Shown: piece by piece, positions 19,399 through 27,251 of the stretch
Layout: every line of letters starts with the position of its first letter
Position numbering within the stretch: the stretch's first letter is position 1
DNA from: an uncultured Bacteroidota bacterium
Lineage (GTDB): Bacteria; Bacteroidota; Bacteroidia; Chitinophagales; Chitinophagaceae
Reading direction: 5' to 3'
Assembly: GCA_903910765.1 (NCBI GenBank)
Contig: CAIWBA010000291.1
Coordinates: 147,492 to 211,491 of the forward strand
DNA length: 64,000 nucleotides
Notes under the pieces: generated by a model
Database searches by the model: none
Told to the model about the DNA's origin: nothing
What the model saw: only the letters and a program-made list of their open reading frames with translations
Position numbers and translations under genes: made by a program

Positions 19399-21279
19399 AT
19401 GGCAGGACTATCCCACTTAAGAGACGTTTATGAAAAACGTGGAAAAGAATTTTTAGAAAATCTTCTTAATAAAACAGTTATCATTAATGAAAAAAATGAT
19501 GGTGCCTATTTTGGTGCTAAACGAGATGAAAAACAAAATAACTTTAACTTCTTTAAAAAAGACAGCAAAATTGGTTACATCGACCGAGTTCTTAGTAAGT
19601 ACTACGAGCCGGGCATTAGACATTTTGAGAACATTGGGACTTCTTTAACATTAGTTCCTGAAAATTATGTATTTGGCATGGATTACAATCCTGCTAAAGA
19701 GACTCCATTAACATTAAGTCATATTAAAGTACTAGATGAAAATTATCAAACTTCTAAACTTATTCATGATAAAGTAGAATTAGATAAATGGGCTGGAGTA
19801 CTTGGAGTTAATCCTCCAACTATCATATTTCAAGGAAAATTAAATGATGAGCAAAAGGTAAAGATTCAAGAATTTGTATTTACAAATTTACCAATGCTTG
19901 CTGAGAAATTTAAAACTCAATCATTTAGTAGACATATACTATCTGTATTAAATCCATCGGTTGATGAAAATTCTCAAGAGGAATTTAGTAATAGAGAAAT
20001 TAGTGAAATTGTATTTAGATTTTTTGATGAAGAGGACCCTACTGGAGATTCTTCAACCTTAGCAAAGATTATTGATCCAGTATTCTATGATAATTCCAAG
20101 AATTTACCTCAAGAAAAAGTTCAAAAGAAAAGCGATGATTATGTTTGGATTATTGTTACTGACTTAATGAACTTTATTGAAAGCTACCGAATGTCTGAAC
20201 TTAGAAGTTTTACAATTTCTGGAGAAACGCCAGATGAACGATTTGTCTCTTTAATTAATCATCTATTTGTTGAATTTATTAAAGAGTATGGAGAAAAGTT
20301 TAATGATTTAGATATTCAAATACCTCAATTTTTAACTAGACCTGAATTTGATGTTAATCCTGAATTAATTAATGACCCTAACGTAATGGAGGTAATTAAT
20401 AAGAATCCTAATTACAAAGAAATCTACAGAATATTTATTAATATTTTCAGAAAGAAGAAGATTAAAGTTAATTCAACATTATTCACTGATGCAATGAAAG
20501 CTAATCTACTTAATCAAATTGATAAATTATCAAAGGTTGCAATTGGAGATCAATTATTTGAGAACTATTTTCCGTCATTTAGCGAATTTGTTGGAGATGA
20601 TAAAAATCCTGGATACTTTGAAACGTATGATCTTGCAGAAAATGAAGAACGTAAGGTAAAGAAAGTTAATCTATTAGTATCAGACTTTCAGCCAATCCAT
20701 AAAGGTCATATTAAAAGTGCAAAGTTATTAACTGAAAAAACTGGGTTACCTACACTATTTGTATGCGTTCATCCTGGAAAATCTGGAAAAATGTTTCCAT
20801 TTAAAAAAGAAACACTAAATAATTCATTAGCTAAATTAGTAGCACACGATAAACAAAATATTGCTGGTCATGTAATGGTAAAAGATGGAAATATTGAAAC
20901 TATTCTAAAAGCAATAAAGCCAGGATTTGAACCACTAAGTATAGCAGCTGAACCTAGTAGAATAAAAGATCTAGCACTACAATTAGAACTTGCAAAAAAG
21001 CGATCTAGAAACCTAAATATTAAACGCGATACTCGATTAATTGAATTACCGGTAACAACAGTTGGCGATTCAATTTTAAAGTCAATTAAGGACAGAAATT
21101 TTGCAGCATTTAAAGAAGCATCTCCATCTCCAATCCATTCAGAATTCTATAACTTAAATAAAGACTTAATTGAATCTTTAAATGAAAGTGTAAATGAGCA
21201 AATAACTGACGCAGTTACTGAAATAGTTTCAGGAGTAACATTTTCTACGCCAGAACCAATAATCCAAATAGAATCATGA
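19399..21279 (+). CDS. RNA-ligase-fold domain fused to HIGH-class nucleotidyltransferase
   Basis: N-terminal EKNDG with degenerate ligase motifs III-V; C-terminal FQPIHKGH. Confidence 0.65.
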   Translation: MAGLSHLRDVYEKRGKEFLENLLNKTVIINEKNDGAYFGAKRDEKQNNFNFFKKDSKIGYIDRVLSKYYEPGIRHFENIGTSLTLVPENYVFGMDYNPAKETPLTLSHIKVLDENYQTSKLIHDKVELDKWAGVLGVNPPTIIFQGKLNDEQKVKIQEFVFTNLPMLAEKFKTQSFSRHILSVLNPSVDENSQEEFSNREISEIVFRFFDEEDPTGDSSTLAKIIDPVFYDNSKNLPQEKVQKKSDDYVWIIVTDLMNFIESYRMSELRSFTISGETPDERFVSLINHLFVEFIKEYGEKFNDLDIQIPQFLTRPEFDVNPELINDPNVMEVINKNPNYKEIYRIFINIFRKKKIKVNSTLFTDAMKANLLNQIDKLSKVAIGDQLFENYFPSFSEFVGDDKNPGYFETYDLAENEERKVKKVNLLVSDFQPIHKGHIKSAKLLTEKTGLPTLFVCVHPGKSGKMFPFKKETLNNSLAKLVAHDKQNIAGHVMVKDGNIETILKAIKPGFEPLSIAAEPSRIKDLALQLELAKKRSRNLNIKRDTRLIELPVTTVGDSILKSIKDRNFAAFKEASPSPIHSEFYNLNKDLIESLNESVNEQITDAVTEIVSGVTFSTPEPIIQIES

Positions 21280-21359
21280 AAACCCTATTTAATTTTTTAG
21301 CACAAATTGAATCATATAGAATTAAGTGTATGATTCATCAAGGCTGGGGTAAATTATAA
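21276..21359 (+). CDS. Unannotated 27-aa micro-ORF (MKTLFNFLAQIESYRIKCMIHQGWGKL)
   Basis: ATGA start/stop overlap with the upstream gene; ends just before a terminator. Confidence 0.35.
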   Translation: MKTLFNFLAQIESYRIKCMIHQGWGKL

Positions 21360-21375
21360 CCAATTTATTTTAAAT

Positions 21376-21407
21376 AAAAAAGCTCCAATTTAATTGGAGC
21401 TTTTTTT
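21376..21407. terminator. Bidirectional intrinsic terminator
   Basis: AAAAAAGCTCCAAT-TTA-ATTGGAGCTTTTTTT between convergent genes. Confidence 0.85.
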
Positions 21408-21435
21408 ATGTGAGGTAAATTATAGATGATTAACT

Positions 21436-21491
21436 GTATAATAAACTTATATTTGTATAATAAACCGCGTTAGTTTATTATAGGTTTATTA
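21436..21491. repeat. Four TAATAAAC boxes, two direct and two inverted
   Basis: GTATAATAAAC at 21436 and 21455; GTTTATTA at 21473 and 21484; perfect 10-bp inverted repeat 21456-21465/21473-21482. Confidence 0.6.
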
Positions 21492-23060
21492 AGCTAATGT
21501 TGTAAATTCTCCCTTAATGAAGTTAATATGTTGAGCCTTACCATCATGATGAATGATTACATGTGATTGGAGCCATCCACTTGGACCTACATTATAGTTA
21601 ACTCTTAGTTTAGTAGAGGTCCCGACAGCTAGTGCGCCATCCCTACGCCCAGGAGAATGGTAATGCCCTACAATAATCTTGGTATTTAATTTACGGAATT
21701 GAAGAAGAGATCCACGAGAACCATTTGAACCTACATCACCGTGTTGAGCTAATTCCCAACCATTTACTACAAGGCTATCGCTTCTTCCCAATGTTTTAAA
21801 TTCAGGAAATTTTTGATTAATTAGGTATGGAATAACACCATTTGGTGCAACACCTCTAAGTAATATAGCACTGTATTCCATGTATTCCAAAGAATTCTTT
21901 AATGTTGAAGCCTTTCTCCAATCGGTAGATTTTAACCAACGATCTAAAAAATCATCATGATTACTTCTGACAATTGATACATTATAACCTTTAAAATCTT
22001 CTAATCCGGTTAACATTGCATCAACTTCTTTTCTTAAAGAATTTGAACCATCTAATTCTCGACGATACTGCATAAATGGATCATTTATCTCATGATGATT
22101 AATTGAAAGACCATCAAATACATCATGTAGGATAACATTATCTGGAGCTAATTTTTTAAATAGGTCAAGAGTCTTGGAAATTACTCGTGGATCATGTTGA
22201 CCGTAATGTAAATCTCCTAAAACTGCAACTGCAATTGAAGTAACTTTGTAAACTTTGCTACATTCAGAATCTTCATCATAACTAACATGATTATATAAAT
22301 CAGTAAAATTACCATCATCAGTTGCTGTTACCTGTCTAGCAAAGAAGGTATTTGAATCTTTTATTTCAATTACAACAAATCCAAGAGTATGATGGAATTC
22401 TCCTTTTTTACCAGATTTAGAGTCAGTATAGTTTGAAACTGTACATGCTCCAGTAGTCATCATCATTTTTGGAAGATTTCCTTCAAGTACTGGTATTGTT
22501 TCAAGATGTACTCGTGGAGAACCAAAAACACATGAGTTAACTCCAGTCATTCCTTGTAGACCAGTCATTGGGTCAACTGAGGTTGGCTGGATTTTTATAT
22601 CTGACATGATCCACATATGTTTATGAACTTCGTGTCTATTTGCATCCAGGTATGTCTCAATACGCTCTGACCAAGTTTCATAGTTTTTATCAGAAAATAC
22701 TGAGGTTGGGTTTTTATACCTACCTGCAATTACATGAATATCTGCATTAATATATTCTGCATATTTTTCAATATTTGATATAAACTCTTCATGTGCAGGC
22801 GTATCGTTTTGGGCCCAAGTAATAATAAAGCGTTTCTTCTTTTTATTAAACTTACGATCCCTAGCTTTAGTTAATTGAGGCGACTCCTGTACGGAGCTCT
22901 CAGTTATTCCAAGTTTGGCTAACCATTTGCATACAGTTCTTTCTGATTTGTTAAGGAATTTGCTTAATTCTTTCATTCTGGTATCCCAGCTTAAGTCCTT
23001 GTTCCAATAGATTTGGGATATTTCAGTAACATCCTCTGGTGTTAATTCTTCAAACTTCAT
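21489..23060 (-). CDS. Calcineurin-like metallophosphoesterase/nuclease with N-terminal HTH, T5 A1-like
   Basis: GDLH, HDVFD, SNHD, HGD, GHYH motifs; HGDVGSNGSRGS; N-terminal LSKFLNKSERTVCKWL. Confidence 0.7.
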   Translation of the reverse strand: MKFEELTPEDVTEISQIYWNKDLSWDTRMKELSKFLNKSERTVCKWLAKLGITESSVQESPQLTKARDRKFNKKKKRFIITWAQNDTPAHEEFISNIEKYAEYINADIHVIAGRYKNPTSVFSDKNYETWSERIETYLDANRHEVHKHMWIMSDIKIQPTSVDPMTGLQGMTGVNSCVFGSPRVHLETIPVLEGNLPKMMMTTGACTVSNYTDSKSGKKGEFHHTLGFVVIEIKDSNTFFARQVTATDDGNFTDLYNHVSYDEDSECSKVYKVTSIAVAVLGDLHYGQHDPRVISKTLDLFKKLAPDNVILHDVFDGLSINHHEINDPFMQYRRELDGSNSLRKEVDAMLTGLEDFKGYNVSIVRSNHDDFLDRWLKSTDWRKASTLKNSLEYMEYSAILLRGVAPNGVIPYLINQKFPEFKTLGRSDSLVVNGWELAQHGDVGSNGSRGSLLQFRKLNTKIIVGHYHSPGRRDGALAVGTSTKLRVNYNVGPSGWLQSHVIIHHDGKAQHINFIKGEFTTLA

Positions 23061-23082
23061 TAATGTATAGATTTATTAATTA

Positions 23083-23109
23083 CTTATATTTAACAAATAC
23101 ATAAAGTTT
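23083..23109 (-). promoter_or_regulatory. Early/middle promoter motif AAAC-N17-TATAAG
   Basis: Upstream of the A1-like gene. Confidence 0.55.
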
Positions 23110-23143
23110 TAAACGGGTATTCCAAAGTTTAGCGGGGCTGTTA

Positions 23144-23152
23144 ATAAATAAC
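23144..23152 (+). promoter_or_regulatory. Late-promoter motif ATAAATAAC
   Basis: Head of the 23156-27157 unit. Confidence 0.65.
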
Positions 23153-23155
23153 CCT

Positions 23156-23338
23156 ATGGAAAAGACTGCTAAAAATATTGACAATTACAGAAAAGGTAAA
23201 GAACCTTTGAAAAATGCAGTTATGCAGCATCCAACTGGAAATGATGTATATGACTATTTACAAAAGAATATAGATCGTGACTTTTGGGTAACTCCTTTTT
23301 CAAAATGGCAAAAGACTCAAAAATATCATAAAAAGTAA
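23156..23338 (+). CDS. Small late protein
   Basis: 60 aa directly after ATAAATAAC; TAATG overlap with the next gene. Confidence 0.6.
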   Translation: MEKTAKNIDNYRKGKEPLKNAVMQHPTGNDVYDYLQKNIDRDFWVTPFSKWQKTQKYHKK

Positions 23339-23757
23339 TGTTTGGATTAGAAGATTTAACAGAACCACAAAACCAATCAGAAACTAGCGTTTCTTATTTT
23401 ATGCTTTCTCTTATGCAGATTGCAGATCAGGCTAAAATTATACACTGGCAAACGTGTTATGATACTGAGCATCGCCATTTTGGAATGTTCTATGAAGAGT
23501 TTATTGGCCAAATGGATACACTAGTAGAAGCAATTGCTGGTAAATATGGCACAGAGAACCTTAAGTTTGGAGAAGCAGCAGTTATGTTATTTGACTATGA
23601 AATGGCAAGACCTGAATTTTTTAAACTTGTTGAAGAGGCTCTTCGTGGAACTTTTTGCGAACTTTTTGAAAAAGAGAAGGATTCTGAATTGTACAATTTA
23701 GTAGATGAAATTTTAGACTTAACAAACAAAACTCAGTATTTACTGCAACAAAAGTAA
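23338..23757 (+). CDS. Ferritin/Dps-like four-helix protein
   Basis: IHWQT..EHRHF..FYEE...MDTLVEAIAGKYG and DEILD pattern. Confidence 0.65.
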   Translation: MFGLEDLTEPQNQSETSVSYFMLSLMQIADQAKIIHWQTCYDTEHRHFGMFYEEFIGQMDTLVEAIAGKYGTENLKFGEAAVMLFDYEMARPEFFKLVEEALRGTFCELFEKEKDSELYNLVDEILDLTNKTQYLLQQK

Positions 23758-23758
23758 T

Positions 23759-25309
23759 ATGTTTCTAAACGTAAAAAGATTATCAATATTTGAGAAGTTA
23801 ATTCTTGAAACTGACCTGATTCAAATTGGATCAGGAATAGCTGACTTATTAGCTAAGGCCTCAACTTTAAATAAAGAAAAACAAGGAGATGATAAGAAGC
23901 TTGGAATTGGAGAGCTTATTAATAACCTGCTTGATGGGTTATTTAGACTAGATGAGGCTGCCCGTAATGCTAAATTATCTGATCAATCTTTCATAAACAC
24001 ATTTAATAATCCAGATACAAAGTCATTGATTGATATATATTTTGAATATTGTGAAGATCGATTAGCAATATTACGTAAAGAATTATTAGATGAAGTTAGT
24101 AAACCTGATTTTAATGAAGTTAAAGCCAATAAGATAAGTCAAAAAATGAAGATTTTTGCAGCTAGAATTGAAATGCTTGACTTAATTTATTCAAAAATTT
24201 CAGAATCTGATCTTAGTACTAGTATTAAGGATAAAATTAAAAAGATTCAAGAGGACCTTCTTAATGCTCATTCAGTAATGATAACTGTACCGGCAAAAAG
24301 AACACAAGAAGCCTATTCTAAATATCAAGCAGCACAAACAGACGAAGAAAAAACTGAAGCCGCTACCCAAATTTTATCAAATATTGAAGCAGCTGAACAA
24401 ATGACAGAAGATATGCCGCCTGAAATAGTTACTGGAATTAAAGATGCAGGTGAAGAGTATAAAGCAAAAATTGAAAATGATTTAGGTAAAGAAACCCTAG
24501 CTAATATTTTGGCAGGAGTTCACATAAATAAAAATGTTGCCTCCCTAATTCGTAGAATATTTCAATTTCAATATACAATGTGGGCAAATGAAGACGATAT
24601 TAACCGTGAAGCAAATGCTCTTAAAGTTAGTATTAATGGATTTCCAGATGTATCAGAAGATGCCAAAGAATATTTACGTAGACTTGTTGAGAATATTCAG
24701 GCCGAATTATTAAATAAGGCAAAGAGTAAAGAATTTGACACTAAGAAATATAAAGGAATTCATTATGATTTCAATAAGAAATTACCATTATACGAACGTA
24801 CTCCTTTGCCAGTTAGTGGTAAACAAATAGCAGATGATTCTAAATTAATGAAGTTTAGAAAAGCTTCACAAGAGTTAATGGGACTCTTTTTTGGAGGAGG
24901 TTCTGGACCAAGCGATGCACAGGGTCAAGCTTTTCATAATACAGGAAAATATTTGCATACAATATATGCAAAGAGTCTTAATGGACTAGGTAAAGTAATT
25001 GGAAAAGCAATTGGAGGTAGAGAAGGAGAAATGAAAGCTGATGCCTATACCAGAATGTTTATATTAGACACGTCAGTAGTTGATCAGGCTAAAACTAAAC
25101 AGGTTAGTGAAGATGGTGGAGTATCTGCTCCAGGAGTTGCAGTTCAAACTCCAGGATCAATTGGATCTATGGGACCAATTACACCTCCTACACAAACATC
25201 ACTAGGTTCAGGAGATAATTTTGGGCCAAAAATCAATCATAAAAAGAAAAAGACCAAATCTTCAGGTATTCTTGGATTTGCCGATTTTATAAAAGAACAA
25301 AATAATTAA
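23759..25309 (+). CDS. Large helical putative internal head protein
   Basis: N-terminal SIFEKLILE and C-terminal ILGFADFIKE motifs. Confidence 0.65.
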   Translation: MFLNVKRLSIFEKLILETDLIQIGSGIADLLAKASTLNKEKQGDDKKLGIGELINNLLDGLFRLDEAARNAKLSDQSFINTFNNPDTKSLIDIYFEYCEDRLAILRKELLDEVSKPDFNEVKANKISQKMKIFAARIEMLDLIYSKISESDLSTSIKDKIKKIQEDLLNAHSVMITVPAKRTQEAYSKYQAAQTDEEKTEAATQILSNIEAAEQMTEDMPPEIVTGIKDAGEEYKAKIENDLGKETLANILAGVHINKNVASLIRRIFQFQYTMWANEDDINREANALKVSINGFPDVSEDAKEYLRRLVENIQAELLNKAKSKEFDTKKYKGIHYDFNKKLPLYERTPLPVSGKQIADDSKLMKFRKASQELMGLFFGGGSGPSDAQGQAFHNTGKYLHTIYAKSLNGLGKVIGKAIGGREGEMKADAYTRMFILDTSVVDQAKTKQVSEDGGVSAPGVAVQTPGSIGSMGPITPPTQTSLGSGDNFGPKINHKKKKTKSSGILGFADFIKEQNN

Positions 25310-25315
25310 TAAATA

Positions 25316-25783
25316 ATGAGTACAGTTAAAACCTTTCAAGATTTTATAAGTGGTGGAGATAATATTGACGCGACTAATATTGAAACCCCGAATATTGAAA
25401 ATACTTTGGAAATTCCTCAACAGGAACTTGGAATCGATCATAAATCACAACATGAAACTGAAAACTATATGTTTTTTAGTAATTTAGAAACAATCCAACG
25501 ATTAATTAAGATTATGTTGGAAATGGATCCTATGAAAGTTGATCAGTTATTAAAAAATGGTCATAATTGGGCAGAAGATCATGTAACATCATCTAAAGAT
25601 GATCTTGAAGAAGTTGCTGATTTTTTAATGGGAGAAATGACTGAACCTGAACTTAACACTGAAGTTGAAGAAGGTTCTCATAATTACTCATGTAATGAAT
25701 GCGGTTTAACATATGAGATGCATGAAGTTACAGAAGACCATACTTGTTCATGTGGTAATAAATTAGAAGAAAATTGGGGATAA
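25316..25783 (+). CDS. Putative internal head protein with C-terminal zinc ribbon
   Basis: MSTVKTFQDFI; HNWAEDH; CNECG...CSCG. Confidence 0.7.
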   Translation: MSTVKTFQDFISGGDNIDATNIETPNIENTLEIPQQELGIDHKSQHETENYMFFSNLETIQRLIKIMLEMDPMKVDQLLKNGHNWAEDHVTSSKDDLEEVADFLMGEMTEPELNTEVEEGSHNYSCNECGLTYEMHEVTEDHTCSCGNKLEENWG

Positions 25784-25785
25784 TT

Positions 25786-26277
25786 ATGAAAAACTCTTAT
25801 ATAAAACCATTTAGTAAATTTAATGAGTCTGCCTCTGAACCTATTTCCAACGCAAAGTGGTATTATGGAATTGCAGACTGTCATGGATTAGAATCATTTA
25901 TTGAAGAACCTGAGATAGACGATGCTAGTACTTTAGATAATATGTTTAGTTATGGGCTTTCTCCGTATGACGCAAATGACGATCCTGCTAAAAAGGAAAT
26001 TAATCATAATTTAAACATGATGCAAATGAGATGTAATTTTAATAGTCAACGTCATCCAGTAGTTTACCGAGCTAGTTTAGAAGAAGATGATGCAGAAATG
26101 GTACAAGATCTATTAGATAGTGGAGACTATATTAATGCACTTAAAGTAGTTAAGGGCAATTCAAAAGAAGTTCAATTAACTAGAGGCAAAGGAGGTTCAT
26201 CAGAAAAAGCTTGGAGAATGATTCCAAACCCAGATTTAGACCCAATGCACAATGATAATAGCTTAGGATCTCATTAA
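25786..26277 (+). CDS. Putative internal head protein
   Basis: Start moved to the second Met to remove the overlap; MKNSYIKPFSKFNES. Confidence 0.65.
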   Translation: MKNSYIKPFSKFNESASEPISNAKWYYGIADCHGLESFIEEPEIDDASTLDNMFSYGLSPYDANDDPAKKEINHNLNMMQMRCNFNSQRHPVVYRASLEEDDAEMVQDLLDSGDYINALKVVKGNSKEVQLTRGKGGSSEKAWRMIPNPDLDPMHNDNSLGSH

Positions 26278-26309
26278 AAATAAATATTAAAAAATAAAAA
26301 CCCAAAACA

Positions 26310-26615
26310 ATGAAACTCTCAGTAGGTGACAAAATCCGGATTATCGTAGATGTTGAAGAAATGCAAAATGATTTGCTTGAAATGGTAGATGGCCAAGAAG
26401 CGGTCATTACTGAAATCTATCAAAATAGCTATGAACCTGATGTCGACCGTATTGAAGTTGAATTAGTTCATCCAATTGAATTTCATGGACAACGTCTTGT
26501 TGTTGTTCCTGGTTTGTATATGGATAATATTGAAAAAATTGAAGACTTAAGAGAAAGTATAAAGCTTAGTAGAAAATATTTAAGAAGTTTTATTGGAACT
26601 TTTGCAAATTATTAA
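26310..26615 (+). CDS. Small SH3/KOW-like beta protein
   Basis: LSVGDKIRI...GQEAVITEI...IEVEL. Confidence 0.55.
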   Translation: MKLSVGDKIRIIVDVEEMQNDLLEMVDGQEAVITEIYQNSYEPDVDRIEVELVHPIEFHGQRLVVVPGLYMDNIEKIEDLRESIKLSRKYLRSFIGTFANY

Positions 26616-26617
26616 TT

Positions 26618-27157
26618 ATGAAAAAACAGCGAGTAAAACTATTTGAATCTTTTGTTGTGGAGAGTTTATCTCATTATCAAGAGTACGACTTTACTAAAAA
26701 TGAGGTTGATATTGAATTTTATAGCCAAGTTAAAATACAACCTGAATCAAATGACGATGAGACGGTTAACCAAATGATAAATTATGGACTTACTGCAGGT
26801 ATTCAAGAAATTGAAGATTTTGGATTAAGTTTTGTTAAAATTCGGTATAATATGGAGCCTCTTCTTGACAGGACTGGGATTTATGAGATTGATCTAAATT
26901 TAGAGTCAGTATATATGATGGGGACCTATACCCTATTAGATGATTCTAAAAATGGCGAAACCTCTTATGAATTTGAAATTGAAGATCTTGGACCATTTGA
27001 TGGAAGAGTTAAAGTAAAGTATGGAGAATTACCGTTTTATCCAAATGGTATTGAGATCAGTACAAATTTTTTAACTAGAGGTGGCCACGAAATTGTATTT
27101 GATCCACAGAATCCAGATCCTTCTAAATATACATACACAATAGGGATAGGGGACTAG
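26618..27157 (+). CDS. Putative internal head protein, acidic
   Basis: MKKQRVKLFESFVVES. Confidence 0.7.
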   Translation: MKKQRVKLFESFVVESLSHYQEYDFTKNEVDIEFYSQVKIQPESNDDETVNQMINYGLTAGIQEIEDFGLSFVKIRYNMEPLLDRTGIYEIDLNLESVYMMGTYTLLDDSKNGETSYEFEIEDLGPFDGRVKVKYGELPFYPNGIEISTNFLTRGGHEIVFDPQNPDPSKYTYTIGIGD

Positions 27158-27180
27158 TTCTTACAATATTGACAGAATTT

Positions 27181-27210
27181 AAAGGAAGGTCTCACAATCT
27201 TCCTTTTTTT
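27181..27210 (+). terminator. Intrinsic terminator
   Basis: AAGGAAG stem/CTTCCTT followed by T-tract. Confidence 0.75.
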
Positions 27211-27220
27211 ATTTAGTTCG

Positions 27221-27229
27221 ATAAATAAC
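27221..27229 (+). promoter_or_regulatory. Late-promoter motif ATAAATAAC
   Basis: After a terminator, before the baseplate cluster. Confidence 0.7.
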
Positions 27230-27251
27230 CTTATAAAAATGATTTAATTAT

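Noticed and set aside
21481-21497. 16-nt match to the opposite strand near 43419
   Set aside because: AT-rich; plausible by chance in 64 kb and without a shared context.
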